A stretch of 64,000 bases of DNA from Octopus vulgaris (GCA_951406725.2 OX597816.1:76942001-77006000); one strand, 5' to 3'. Shown: positions 14,711-28,991, numbered from the stretch's first letter. Notes: generated by a model from the sequence alone, not told the origin. Numbers and translations: made by a program.

Positions 14711-15253
14711 CAAAATGGGACAAGAACTCAAAACATCCGGACAGTTTGGTGATACAAAAACGGGACAACAAAAGATCCAGATAGACGATACAAAGAAAAC
14801 AATGACAGGTCATTCGAACTTTTCTTTCCTCCTGGCAACATCGATATTCCTCCCTGTGCTTGTGAAACCTTGTATCACTGCAGTAAGGCTTCATTTCCAC
14901 ACATGCCAGCTTAATTTAATTCGTCCTTAGTCGAAAGGCACCTGTTGTTATGTTCTATTATTATTTTGATTGTATTTGTGTAAAATCGTCCGTTCTTTTC
15001 CGTCCTTGTTTTTGTATACGTTCGCTGCTTTCTTCTAACGAGTCTAATGCTCTTAGCTTAGTTTTTCTTTGGGGCTGGCCAGATTGGAGCAATCTCAATT
15101 ATAATCAGCCGAAATAGTGAAGATAATCTGGTACTTAACCGAGGAAAGAAAACTTCGAATGACCCGTCCTTGTTTTCTTTGTATCGTCTGGATGTTTTGT
15201 TTTCCCATTTTTGTATCACCAAACTGTCCAGATATTTTGCGTTCTTGTCCCAT

Positions 15254-15258
<5 letters not shown>
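14710..15258. mobile_element. (TA)n-embedded element with ~120-bp inverted arms and ~300-bp spacer (PLE pseudo-LTR-like)
   Basis: ATGGGACAAGAACTCAAAACATCCGGACAGTTTGGTGATACAAAA pairs with TTTTGTATCACCAAACTGTCCAGATATTTTGCGTTCTTGTCCCAT; (TA)n on both sides. Confidence 0.7.
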
Positions 15259-15284
<26 letters not shown>

Positions 15285-15286
<2 letters not shown>

Positions 15287-15699
15287 CTCGTTTACTCGTT
15301 TACTTGTTTCAGTCATTTGACTGCGGCCATGCTGGAGCACCGCCTTTAGTCGAGCAAATCGACCCCGGGACTTATTCTTTGTAAGCCCAGTACTTATTCT
15401 ATCGGTCTCTTTTGCCGAACCGCTAAGTGACGGGGACGTAAACACACCAGCATCGGTTGTCAAGCAATGCTAGGGGGACAAACACAGACACACAAACATA
15501 TACACACACACTTATATATATATATATACATATATACGACAGGCTTCTTTCAGTTTTCGTCTACCAAATCCACTCACAAGGCATTGGTCAGCCCGGGGCT
15601 ATAGCAGAAGACACTTGCCCAAGATGCCACGCAGTGGGACTGAACCCGGAACCATGTGGTTGGTTAGCAAGCTACTTACCACACAGCCACTCCTGCGCC
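15285..15699 (-). mobile_element. tRNA-derived SINE family A, full length
   Basis: Head GGCGCAGGAGTGGCTGTGTGGTAAG...GGTTCAGTCCC, internal microsatellite, tail GCAGTCAAATGACTGAAACAAGTAAA; repeated many times in the window. Confidence 0.85.
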
Positions 15700-15704
15700 T
15701 ATAT

Positions 15705-15995
15705 ATAGGGAGAGTTTACGAAAAAAAAACAAAAGACGAAGACAGGTGGTCTACAAAACAAACAGATGTATTAGTATAACGCTCAGGAATAGGAAAAGTG
15801 TTTTACGTTTTGAGCCTATGCTCTTCTAAGGAAAGGGACACAGAATAAACAAGGAGAGAAACAAGGAGAGAATAAAAAGGAGAGAAAAAAGGAGAGAAAA
15901 AGAAAGGAGAGAAAAAAGGAGAGAAAAAAGGAGAGAAAAACAAGTGGAGAAAAAAGGAGAGAGAAAAATGCGAGTAGTGGCTAACGATCTATCAT
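15705..15995 (-). mobile_element. PLE pseudo-LTR-like repeat with minimal HHR-like motif and an AAAAAGGAGAG minisatellite
   Basis: Homologous to 20690-20830 and 22290-22475; family motif GAAGAGCGTAGGCTCGAAACGTA. Confidence 0.55.
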
Positions 15996-16715
15996 ATCAA
16001 TGATTGAACAGACAGTACACAACAAGGAGAAAGGTTAGACAAAAGCAAAGCAAACGGGAAACAAGACGAAAACTTAACAGACGGGGAATATAGACAAGGG
16101 CACGATACACGGAATATTCGCAGCTGAATTTTCCTCGTCAGTCAATGACAAAATGCTACGAAATCACAGGTGATCTGCAGCTGAATTCTGTTTTTAAATT
16201 ACTTGTTTCGAGAGTTGCATTCGGTACGATATGTTTATTTATTTTAGTAGTTTTGACTTTAAGAGTCCCTCCTAGTATGTGGAATTTATGTGTTAAAATG
16301 CCCTCTATATAATATAAATAAATATATTTAAGTGAAAATTTGGTGGATTTTTTATCTTATGAGGTTTTTCACGCTAGCTACTTGATAAATTCTTATGAAG
16401 ATTTTATCCTATTTTTAAATCATTTATATATACACGTTTTTTTTTTGCCTTATAGGATTTTTTTTTCAGAAAATATGAGAGACATGTAATATATTGTTTT
16501 AACGACGAAATTCGAAGTTGATAAAGTTATAAATAATAACTGCCTGTAGGAAATTGGATCAAAAGGAAACTTGGATAAAAAAAATGCCGAAGGCTTCCCA
16601 TGGGACTATGAATACAGATATATGTAAATATGCAAATATTCATATATGTGTGTATATATATGTGCGTGTGTATGTGTGTTTGTATATGTATATTTATGTA
16701 TAGATATATAAATAC

Positions 16716-16747
<32 letters not shown>

Positions 16748-17027
16748 GTATATTGTATATATGTATATATAAAAGTGTCTAAATGTTCCTCAGTTGGTAT
16801 CGATGACTATATATTCGAACATTCCAAGACATACTGCAAACTTACGTTCACCCGAGAATTCTTGCTGTTTATGTTGCTGAACAGTTAATACGCTAGGGGG
16901 TTCAATTAAAATATCTTTATATCTCAAAGTAATGTTCAACTGCTATTCCTTTAAAAATACTTCGGTCTTCTCAATAACATATACACTTAAAGCTAAGTAT
17001 TTATATATGTGTGTGACTGTTGTATGT

Positions 17028-17132
17028 AGGCGTGGTTGTCTGGAAAATAGTATGTGTTGGGTTCAGTCCCACTGCGTAGTAGCTGGGACCCAGTCCTAGC
17101 CTGACAAAAGTTTGTGAATGGATTTGGTAGAC
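17028..17132 (+). mobile_element. SINE family A 5' fragment
   Basis: GGGTTCAGTCCCACTGCGT...TTGTGAATGGATTTGGTAGAC. Confidence 0.6.
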
Positions 17133-17841
17133 GTGTATAGATAGATAGATAGATATACACACAGATAGATAGATAGATAGATATACACACATTCAAAATC
17201 TACCTTGCCCTTTTCGTTTTTTCTTGTCTATATCTTTATCTCTTTGTTTACATATATGTATGAGCGATTATATGCCTGTACGTTTGCGTGTATCTGAATT
17301 ACTTAAAACTACATAGATATACAATGATATACAGATCCAATAAAATAACCTCTCTATATAAGATGATTGATAGTTAATAGTAGAATAACTTCGCCTTAAT
17401 TCTTTAGCGATTTCTCGGTGTATAGAGCTTGTAATATATATTTGTTCATTCCAAAATCTTCTCTTCCTTGCTTAGTTTCAGTTTCTTCCTCCATTTCGAC
17501 CATGCTGCAGCACCGACTTCAGCTGAAATAGATATTCTTGTTACATTTTTCTGGATGTATTTTTGCTTTCTTTCATTTGATAATTTTAAATCTTCCGCTT
17601 ATGTAACTAAGTTATTGTTATTGGTTTCTGAGTTATTTCTCGAAAGTACTATCATGTAATTGCCATAGAAATGTTCATTATACTGAACATATTTGTAATC
17701 AAATAAGAAAAAAATATTATCGAATTAATTCATTGCATAAAAAATTAGGACAACCTACATAGTCTAATACAAGGAAAAAATATATATATATTTGTGTATG
17801 TCAGTGTATACATACTTTGATACATAAATTTATACGTGTGC

Positions 17842-17915
<74 letters not shown>

Positions 17916-18129
17916 GTATGTATATATATATAGATATAGATATATACACACATACATATGTATATATAAATACGTACGTACACATGCACTCATACATACG
18001 CATACACGCATACTCACACACACAAATTAACATGTGTAGGTGGGTGTGTGGGTGGGTGTGGGTGGGTGTGGGTGTGTGAACGAACGAAAGAAAGTAGCAC
18101 TGCACATTTAGCAAGAGTTGCATTTATTA

Positions 18130-18800
18130 TATAATGGTTCGGATCAGCTACACATAACATAAAGTTTCGTGGATACAGCACACTTCCAACGCATCAGACA
18201 TACGAGGAGATTGGAGAGTATTTAAAAGCAATTTTAAATGATTTTTAAGTATCCATCACTCAGAACCTAAAGAAAGTTAGGAACAGAAAAGTAATGTTGT
18301 TTAATTCTCTATTCAAACTAAATGTTTCCGCTAATATAGCTAGGAGCACCTGACGCTAGTTAGAAAATATTTTCCAAAACCCCAATAGATATCATAAATT
18401 CTTTAATTCCTATAACGTGAAGATTAATTCCTTAAGCTTAGCTATTATCGCTTCTAACATTACATGGTACAAGATAATCAAAAAATCATCCAAACAGTCT
18501 TCACCCACCATTCCAGGCTGTAACAGACAAAATCCTACCAATTGACAATCAAGACCCTGACTTAAAATAAACACAACTAGATTCGAAGTCGATGTAAATA
18601 TAAACAGATGCATTGATTTATACGCAAAAACACATTCAGACACAAATACAAGCCTAAACACCCACACACAATGACATATCAACAGACCAATAACGGCTGA
18701 CGAGGTAAATACCCATTGAAACACCTACATGATCCGGGATGTGTATTGTGTCAAATATACTGTGCTCTTTTTATTGTGTGGTATATTGGGCGTCCCTTGT
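18130..18800 (+). mobile_element. Penelope-like (Naiad-like) relic with downstream HHR-like motif
   Basis: RNRKVMLFNSLFKLNVSANIARS..VRKYFPKPNRYHKFFNSYNVKINS (cf. RKRxIIWFNPPF..NVxTNIG..KHFP..KIFNRNxVK); acgg-CTGACGA-GGTAAATACC-catt-GAAAC at 18693-18737. Confidence 0.65.
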
Positions 18801-18849
18801 GATTTGTTAAATGTGCATAGCTCTAAAATTATTTGTGTGAATGTGTATG

Positions 18850-18883
<34 letters not shown>

Positions 18884-18902
18884 TATATGTATGTATGTAT
18901 GT

Positions 18903-18970
<68 letters not shown>

Positions 18971-19447
18971 GTATTCCAACACACTTTTAATATATATGTG
19001 TGTATGTATGTTATGTTATGTATGTATGTATGTATGCATGTATGTATGTATGTATGTATGTATGTATGTATGTATGTATGTATGTATGTATGTATGCATG
19101 CAAGTGTGTATGTAGAAAATGTTAACAGAGGATTAAACAATAATAACACAAGTGTTGCAGAACCGAACGCATAAATATTATTATAAGTGTGATGTGAACA
19201 AGTTTACCACACACGAACTACGTCTTATGAAAAATAGCTGATTAACATGTCGGACGTTTCTATACTCCAAGATTCCTAAAAAGAGTTTTATAAGACTTCG
19301 AAAGAAAACTTCATATCTAAGACGTCAACATCCATCAACTATGATTAACGACAAGTTTGCTTTAAATCCAAAAGCTATATGACAGAGGACGGGAGTGCAT
19401 CGCCGTTACGGCTGGTAATGCACCATTCAGTGATTTGAATATGTAAT

Positions 19448-19820
19448 GCAGGTGTGGCTGTGTGGTAAGAAGCTTGCTTTCCAATCACATGATTCTGGGT
19501 TCAGTCTCACTGTGTGGCAACTTGGGCAAGTGCTTTTTACTATAGCCTCGGGCCGACTAAAGCCTTGTGAATGGATTTGGTAGACAGAAACTGAAACAAG
19601 CCCGTCGTATGTATGTGTGTGTGTGTCCTCCACTACTATGTGATAACCGGTGTTGGTGTGCTTACGTCCTATTAACTTAGTGGTTCGGCAAAATAAACTG
19701 ATAGAAGAGATCAGACTTTAAAAAATTATTTCTTTTGTCGATTCATTCGACTAATAATGCTTCAAGGCAGTGCCCTAACATGGCTGCAGTCTAGTGACTG
19801 AAACAAGTAAAAGATGAAAG
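19448..19820 (+). mobile_element. SINE family A
   Basis: GCAGGTGTGGCTGTGTGGTAAGAAGCTTGC ... GACTGAAACAAGTAAAAGA. Confidence 0.85.
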
Positions 19821-20689
19821 ATAAAAGAATGCAAAGAAGGATTTCAGTTACAATGCCATACACACTTGAATGCAATGAGAAAGCAACTCTGTGCTAATAT
19901 GAGTAGAAAAGCATGTCTCTCTTGGTATCTAATAGTGATGAGAACTAATAAGTATGAAATGCATCCATCGGTCCAACAGAGAATGCTCTGAGCTGAGTAC
20001 GGTATTCTAACGCTATTTCTTTTTCTTTTGTCTCTAAAGAGAATTCTCTTTCTCCATGACAAGCAGCAGCGAAAAGCCTTTGCACGTTCAAATATCTCTC
20101 AAACATGCTTGAACTGGGTTTTTTAAGTTTGTATTCTTTCCGTCACTCACACAATCTTTAACAGTGTCACCACACATACCACTATACGAGCAGCCACACA
20201 CTCTGTTTAACTCAGTACACACACCATACACCATCATGCACACTCCCAAACCACACCAACACGAGCACATAATACCTGAACACAGACAGTATATACACAC
20301 AAACAAGCAACAGGCATAAACGCACGCAACACGCAAAGATAAAGGTAATTTTCGCCTATACACACGCACACTATTTGGTCACAGACTCACACACGCACAC
20401 ATACACATGTGCACACACCACCTGAACAAGCACACGTCAACTGCAACACGCAACACACACACATACACATTAGACTCACCCACCCCTATTCACAAATACA
20501 TACTCACACACCATTCTCACAAACACATACTCTGGCGCACCTTAATTCGCTGGGATCAGCGTTAACTTTGCCTTTATTATTATTATCTCCCTTTCATTCA
20601 ACGTCTTTTTTCCTGTCATCTCGTCATGTTTACCCGTTGAACTCTGCACATTTTTCTCTCTCTGTTTTTTTTTTCTCATTCTCTCTATT

Positions 20690-20830
20690 TTTTTCCCGCT
20701 CTTAACCCTTTCTTTCGAAGAACGTAGGCTTGAAACGTAAAGACTTTTCCATTTCCCTCGAGTGTTAAATTAATACACCTGCTTGTTATTCCTACACCTG
20801 TCATCGTATTTTGTTTTCTGTAAATTTGAA
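20690..20830 (+). mobile_element. PLE pseudo-LTR-like repeat with minimal HHR-like motif
   Basis: tctt-TCGAAGA-acgtaggctt-GAAAC-GTA-aaga; ends in (TA)n; homologous to 15705 and 22290. Confidence 0.5.
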
Positions 20831-20918
20831 TATATATATATATATATATATACACATACATACACACACATTCTTCATACACACACAAACAGACATACAC
20901 ACACATATGTATCTGTGT

Positions 20919-20957
<39 letters not shown>

Positions 20958-21695
20958 CATATATAGAGAGAGAGGGAGAGGGGACAGAAAGAGAGAAGGG
21001 CGAGAGAGAGAGAGCGAGAAAAAGAGAAAATAGGTCTTTATATGCGTATATACAATATGGACTATTCACGTATGCATCTATGTATAGGTATATGTATATG
21101 TACTTATGTATATATACATATGTATGTATGTATGTGTATGCTACGTACATATGAAGCATATTTACGTATGTGTATAAGTGTGTGTATGGTTTCATTTGTT
21201 TGGTGACTCTTTATTCGAATGTCACTTCAATAGATCCAGATATAGAAAAATGCCTTGGTTGTGTCTAATATATCGTTCATTGTTCCAGTAATGGACTAAA
21301 TCTTTATATATGATGCTTGGTGAATCGAATGGCAGAAATCTTATTTTCTTTCTTAAAGAACTCCGGGCACTTTAGATCGCTTTGTGAATATTTTTTATTG
21401 TTTTTTTATATGAATAAGTAGATGTAGTTATTATTAGTTTTAACGTTATTATTTGTTACCAACTCTGCAGCTTAAGTCGAGACTTTACATTCAGCTTTCT
21501 TAAACAACCAACTTTCAGTACAATAAATGTCGGAACAATATTAGCTTTATTATGTTTTCACTTACTGCAGGGGCTTTCTTCCCCAGTAGGAATGTTTTTT
21601 TATTAATATCATATTATCAATATTTTCACGTTGCAATAGTTTGAATATCCCCTTTCCTTTGATTTTCCCACCTCTCTTACTTTCTCTCCCTCCCC

Positions 21696-21740
<45 letters not shown>

Positions 21741-22289
21741 CCTCTGTGCCTTTTGTTATTCCTACCGTATTCTAGTTCCCTGTTTTGAAATGGTATAGAC
21801 ATATTCATTCAAGCGTGGCCTATCGTTTATTCACAAGCCTATAAAACATGTTTTCGCTCGTTTTGTTATCGGATGTATTTTTGTATAGATATATTTATGT
21901 ATAATACCCTTTTTATAATATAGCATTTCTATTATACATGTGTATGATACTGAATGACTCGCCGAACGTCTATGTATTTGTGGGTAGTTCTATGAGTGTG
22001 TATATGTGTGTGTGTTTCATTTTCGTAAATATACTACCAGAGGATTCCTTAGCAAGTGATGAAATCCCAAAGTGTGTAAACAGATCGTGTTATTTTAATA
22101 TTTACAAAGTGACTACAATTTATATATGTACACACACACAAACCGAAACATATATGTATCTTTGCGCACATAACCGTTTGTGTATGCACGTTTTTGTAAG
22201 TACATGTTTGTAAATATGTTTATGCATGAAGGTATGTGTGTGTGTGTGTGTGTGTGTCTACCAAAGTCATTATTATAGTTTTAGTCACC

Positions 22290-22475
22290 ATGATAGATCC
22301 TTAGCCACTACACACATTTTTTCTCTCCTTGCTTTTCTCTGTATCCCTTGCTATAGCAGAGCGTAGGCTCGAAACGTAAAATACTTTTTTTCTATTCCTG
22401 AGCGTTATACTAATACATCTGTTTGTTTTGTAGACAACCTGTCTTCGTCTTTTTTTCGTAAACTCTCCCTTTATT
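22290..22475 (+). mobile_element. PLE pseudo-LTR-like repeat with minimal HHR-like motif
   Basis: GCAGAGCGTAGGCTCGAAACGTAAA; reverse-complement homolog of 15705-15995. Confidence 0.55.
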
Positions 22476-23149
22476 GTAGTTTTATTTCTCTTACACCACA
22501 CGTTTCCAAAGAAAATGAGGAACAGAGCTTATTCCACTACTAATGAGAAGCAAACCAGCGACCATTCAATGAGTAGTACCTCATCAGTTAAATTATTTTA
22601 GTAACAATAAATGCAATTTGCGAGATTAAATTTACAAAATTTATTTTAATATTTCACATTTGAACTGTGCGCGATATGCAATAGAATTACGTTAGAAAAC
22701 TGGTAGCAGTGATGCAACGAAAATTTGGACAATGAGTTAATAAGTGAAAACAGAAAATATGTTTTGTGAGTAATTAAATGTGTGAAAATATCTCTTACCC
22801 GATGTAGTTACTGTATTTTAATGTAAATTAATTAACTTCTTTGACCCCGAAATAATTTATATGGGAAAAAATCCAAACTTTTTTTTCTGCAATTCCACTC
22901 TAAATGAAAATTATTCCCCGGCCACTTGCCAATGTACAGTTTATTGTGTGCAAGAATTTAATTAATTTTCTGCCAAAGTAACATTGTTAGAAATTACATT
23001 TCTTTGACAAATTCCCAAAGACATTTATTTCTCTGTTCAATCATTAATATTCCCTTGTCTACGGTCTTAAGTATATAATTTTCTTTTCTTGATATATATA
23101 TATAATATATATATATGCATACATATATATATATGTATATATGTACATA

Positions 23150-23202
<53 letters not shown>

Positions 23203-23264
23203 AATATATCCATACATATATATACATATACATACATACATACATATATATACATTTCATCTTT

Positions 23265-23465
23265 TTTTATCTTTTAACTTTTACTTGTTTCAGTCATTAG
23301 ACTGCGGCCATGCGGGTCATGGCCTTGAATTTTTAGTCGGTTGAATCCCCCCCCCACCCAGTACTTATTTTTTAAAGCTTGGTATTTATACTATCAGACA
23401 CTTTTGCCGAAGTGCTAAGTTACGAGGACAGAAACACACCAACACAGAGACACACATAGATATAT

Positions 23466-23533
<68 letters not shown>

Positions 23534-23692
23534 GCACACACGATGTGCTTCTTTCCGTTTCCGTCTACCAGATCCACTCACAATGCTTTGGTCCGCCCGA
23601 GGCCATACTAGAAGACACCTACCCAAGATACCACGGAGTGGAACTGAAACCGGAACCATGTGGTTCGGGAGCAAACTTCTTACAACACAGCC
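23265..23692 (-). mobile_element. SINE family A
   Basis: TTACTTGTTTCAGTCATT...CCGTCTACCAGATCCACTCACAA...GGAACCATGTGGTT. Confidence 0.85.
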
Positions 23693-24324
23693 TATGATCA
23701 CGAGTAAGAAGTCATGTTCTTCGCAAATCCTATAAAACAAAGACCAACGTTCAAGAAAAACAAGGTTTCTCTTGAACAGCTGGAAATTAATAGTTGCAAA
23801 CAAAAAATAGGAAGGGAAAAGTAATTCCAGAGTGCTAATTATTTTGTTTACTCTGTAGCGTTTCAAGGTATGCATATTTGTTTTCAACTTTTGTTGTCTG
23901 AATATGCGTATGAAAATAACTAACATTTATACACGCATGTATACAAGCGTAACGGCACCTGCACAGACACACACGTATGTACAGATGCACACAGACGCGC
24001 ACACACACGTACTTATATACATATATACACACACACATATATATACTCATATGCATGTATATATGTATGCGTATATACATATATACATATGTACACAGAT
24101 ACACATACATACATCCGAACACATGCATGTCCAGATATATATATGCACGCACATATACGCGCATATGTATATATATATTCCAGCTTACATATACACACAC
24201 AAGTTCCCTCGTGCACATACATTCATACGCAGGTGTACATGTATATATTCACACGTACGCCTGTTTGTAAACATTTGCTCGTATATACATACACATACAT
24301 ACTTATATAGCTATATATATACAC

Positions 24325-24504
<180 letters not shown>

Positions 24505-24700
24505 GTGCGTGTGCGTGTGTGCGTGCGCGTGCGTGTGTGTGTGCGTGTGTGTGTGTGTTCAAAGGGTATTGATGTTATTTTCTCCCTCTGGAGATATTAT
24601 GCTCAGGTCACATAAATTTAGTATTTACTGATTATTAATTGAAGAGTTGTAAGGGATTATTAATTGGCTGTTAATAATAAATTATCATTAACTTCCCAAT

Positions 24701-24745
<45 letters not shown>

Positions 24746-24750
<5 letters not shown>

Positions 24751-25109
24751 AAATACAGTGTGCATTTAAACACATAAGAGATTACCATAATAGAACATCA
24801 GACTCACTAGAAAGAGCAGTTAAACTCCAAACCACCAATAGTTGTACTTCTGAAAGAGAAAGAGAAATAAAAACGTTTACCCTATCGTTTTCATTTCTCT
24901 TTCTCTTTCAGAATTACAATTGTTGGTGGTTTGGAGTTTAACTGCTCTTTCTAGTGAGTCAGATGTCCTATTATGGTCATCTCTTATGTGTTTAAATGCA
25001 CACTGTATTTTTCTATGAATAATATATAGTCTATTCACTATTCATTCCTTCTCGCTAGACCACTGGTAGCGGAGAATTTTTCTAAAAAATTTTGCTACCC
25101 TGAGATTCA

Positions 25110-25113
<4 letters not shown>
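24746..25113 (+). mobile_element. Fold-back insertion related to the 3' half of the 491-bp retrozyme unit
   Basis: Inverted arms 24746-24875 and 24887-25016 with centre AAAACGTTTACCCTATCGTTTT; 3' tail CTCGCTAGACCACTGGTAGC...TTTGCTACCCTGAGATTCATTAA then (TA)n. Confidence 0.8.
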
Positions 25114-25196
<83 letters not shown>

Positions 25197-25201
<5 letters not shown>

Positions 25202-26010
25202 ATAAATAATGTTTGTTTTTTTTTTCAGTTGCATGAACTAAAGATCGGATGGGGACGGGATAAACTAACCTGCATCAACTTGCTATAAAACAGGGAGTAA
25301 TTTTATCTCTTATTCTTATTTTCAGTGAGAGTTTTGAAGAGTGTAGTTCGATTTTTAACAGCTATTTTTTCAAAGCTATAATGGAAGTGTCAAAGTAGCA
25401 TATTCGGCATATTTTGCTTTATATGTTCAATAAAGGCAACAATGCAACGAAAAGTCAAGGATTATTAATGCAGTATATACTGGATCGAACAATAAGCGTA
25501 AACCAGTGTCAACAGTGGTTCCAGAAATTTTGAGCCGGAAACTACAGCCTAGTAGACGAGCCTCCTCTTGGAAGATATGAAGAGCTCGAAGATGACGTCC
25601 TGCGAACCCTGGTGGAACAAAATCCCAATTTATCTGTTGAGGAACTAGCAGATAAGCTTGGATTTGGTCAGTCAACCATTCATCGTCACCTGCATGCCAT
25701 CAGAAAAATCAATGGAATCCTCAGAAACTTTCCGAGTCTAATTGCACGCAAAGAGTAAAAGTGTGCTCTTCTTTGCTGTCACGTCTAACGAATGAGCCAT
25801 TTTTGGAGCGAATAGTGGCCGGTGACGAGAAATGGGTTCCCTATAAAAATGTCAAGCGCCGAAGACAGTGGATAGCGAAAGGAGAAACACCGGCACCCCT
25901 GACAAAAGAAGGTCTTCACCCACGTAAAATGTTATCTGTGTGGTGGGATATGAAAGGTTTAGTCCACTTTTAACTTTTAAACCCAAACCAAACGATAACA
26001 AAGAGATCTA
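25197..26010 (+). pseudogene. 5' two-thirds of a decayed mariner element
   Basis: MEVSK*HIRHILLYMFNKGNNATKS at 25381; EPFLERIVAGDEKWVPYKN..LHPRKMLSVWWDMKGLVHF (ORF 25761-25973); truncated at the hairpin element. Confidence 0.85.
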
Positions 26011-26356
26011 CTAATAAATTTTACCAAGTAGTTTCGGTATGTAAAGAGGGTCATTATCGGTAGGAACTTTTACAAAATGTCTTTTTATATATAAATATAA
26101 TTAAGGGTTAAGTAACAAGTTGCTCAACCACATACCGAAAATTTAGAAATAGCAGCCAAAAACTGCTTATTCCTTTAACTACAGATATTACTCCACAGAT
26201 AACAATACTTGAAACTCACATTTGCCTATGTGAGTTACAAGTATTGTTATCTGTGCAGTAATATCTTTAGTTAAAAGGAATAAGCTGTCTTTGGCTGCTA
26301 TTTCTAAATTTTCGGTATGTAGTTAAGCAAATTGTTGCTTAACCCTTCATTATATT

Positions 26357-26358
<2 letters not shown>
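26011..26358 (-). mobile_element. Fold-back insertion of a 560-family-related 3' module
   Basis: Arms 26100-26220 and 26228-26348; motif GGCTGCTATTTCTAAATTTTCGGTATGT; adjacent to (TA)n. Confidence 0.75.
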
Positions 26359-26419
<61 letters not shown>

Positions 26420-26910
26420 GAATAAGTAAACTTGTGTATGTGAATATGCATGCGTATATGTACGTGTGTTTGTATGTATATATACATAATTGAATAGGTG
26501 TGCGTGAGTATATATAAATATATATATAGCCATGTACATATAAATGTGTGTATTATGCAACAAAATCGGTTATAGAACTAGAAATATATAATTTACGTAA
26601 TTTCAGATTATTTGTTTATGATTAAGCTCGCTTTAAAAAGCCTTTTTTTTAATCCGTTAGCAGTTATGAACATTTTCAATTGCTATTTTTCGTGAAATAC
26701 TTAAGAAGATATGTCAATCTGATGAAATTTCATTATATTTTAACGGGATTTTATTATTCTTGGAAAACTTGGTTTTATTAACGAAGTGGAAACAGCTGTA
26801 ATTCATGAGATGTGTCAGTTGTTCGTATAAAATAATGAAATTGAATTGAATTTATCATTTAATGATTAATTATTTCATTGGTCAATTTATTGTTTTTGTT
26901 TCCATTTCTA

Positions 26911-26991
<81 letters not shown>

Positions 26992-27264
26992 TGTATGTAT
27001 GTATGTATGTGTGTGTGCGTGTGTGTGTTTATGAGCTTGAGGGGGTGGGGATGAGTCGATTACAATAAGGATGGAAGGTAAAGTCGACCTAGGCGGAATC
27101 AGAATTCAGAACGTAGCGGTAGACGAAATACTGCTAAGCATATTTCTGTATTAAATAATTTTTCGTATATTTTAGCGCTGACTGAGAATCCTTTCTATAA
27201 CTTCATGCTCACTATCAGGTAAAAGCCTGGTCCTCCGTCTGCTTCGACAGCGAGCGTTGCAGTT

Positions 27265-27550
27265 CTGATCAACGGAACAGTCTGCTCATGAAAGTAACAT
27301 GCATGTGACTGAGCACTCCACAGACACGCAACCTTAACGTAGTTCTCAGTGAGATTCAGTGTGACACAGAATGTGACAAGGCTGTTTTTTTTTTTTTTTT
27401 GAATGACAGGTACAACTTATATTTGCCAGCCGAGTGAACTGCAGCAATGCCAAACAAAGTGTCTTCCTGAAGGAAACTACTCGCCACTGGCGTTTGAACT
27501 CACGACTTTACAATCGTGAGCCGAATGCCTTAACCCCTAACCCACGCGCC
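27265..27550 (-). mobile_element. tRNA-derived SINE family C
   Basis: Shares body GAGCACTCCACAGACAC..CTTAACGTAGTTCTC..GAGATTCAG with 51279; tRNA-like head near 27490-27550. Confidence 0.7.
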
Positions 27551-27960
27551 TTCACTTCACTGTCATGTACGGACACACAAAAACACATGCGTGGTTGTGT
27601 GTATACGTATATGTGTACGTCCTTGCGTATGTATGTATGTGTGTAAAGGTATATTTACGTATATACATATTCTTATTGTTTTTTAAGGAAACAAGATCAG
27701 ATTATTGTAATCAATAATACATCATATTTTTCTATACAGTTTTGGTGTGGAAAAATGAAGCCTTATCATAGAGTCGACCTATCTTATATCAGCCCCCCAA
27801 AATTTATCGTGAGCAAACAAATTCTTTTTTTTTTAGATATAATAGATATAATAAAATCTTATCATTTAATCTACATTTCGACTATCGAGTTTATCTTTCA
27901 AAATGCACGTGGGGATATATAATGCTATATATATATATATGGGGGGGGGGTGCATGTATG

Positions 27961-28004
<44 letters not shown>

Positions 28005-28082
28005 GAATATATTTGTACACATTTAGTCAGTATTCCTTCGCTTTAATGTAAATTTGTATTTATCCGAACATAAACGAACACT

Positions 28083-28123
<41 letters not shown>

Positions 28124-28721
28124 TATGTGACGTACCCGATAATTCCCGGGATAGCGGAGCTTATCCCTTGGTTCTGTTCTCATAACTGTTTCGCTAATCC
28201 AATAACAACAATACTAAGTATGTAGCCCTTAAAACGATTTTTGTGCATTTACAGAGAATACCAAACTGTTTTACACAAGATCTTGTTTTTAGGAATTCCC
28301 AATAAGTTATGAATACCCAAATTTTGAAGTCAGTTATGTAATAACATGAAATTAGTTACCCAATAGTAATAATTCAAATAAAGTATCCCTGAAAAGGGCT
28401 TTAATGCGTTCCCAGAGTATATAGAACATATAGGCGGAAATACTAATAAGGTATGTATACTAAAATCGTGAAGCATATTACGGAATAACAGATTAATCAG
28501 GTATGAGATAATAATTCAAAGTAAATAACTCCGAAAAGAGCATTGAGTATGTGCTATTATTTGGGCGAGTATCACCTGTATAACTCTGAGCCAACGACTA
28601 ACTTATGAGAAAATTTATGGGACAGAAACTGAGTGGAACCCCATCATATGTGCTTGTGTGTGTGTGTGTCTGTATTTATATATAGTTATGTATATATGTG
28701 TGTATATATATATATATATAT

Positions 28722-28766
<45 letters not shown>

Positions 28767-28959
28767 TGTGTGCGTGTCTGAGTGTATATTTCTTCTACGC
28801 TGATTGGTTTTCTCATATCCCCTTATTCAATTAGTCGGTTAGAGATAGGCCCTGAAAGATTAAATAATAGGCTGGGATATAAGTATCGATTTGCTAAGCT
28901 AAAATTTTCAAGAAACTGCTCCAGCACGGCCACTGTCAAATGGCTGAAACTGATAAGAG

Positions 28960-28991
<32 letters not shown>

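Noticed and set aside
17330-17690. Possible minus-strand exon
   Set aside because: Short frames with stops, no convincing donor site or homology
19160-19400. Possible GIY-YIG fragment
   Set aside because: Too decayed to support from motifs alone
28123-28152. Helitron-like 3' end (also 35634-35665)
   Set aside because: Hairpin is present but the terminal CTAG is mutated and no matching 5' end was found
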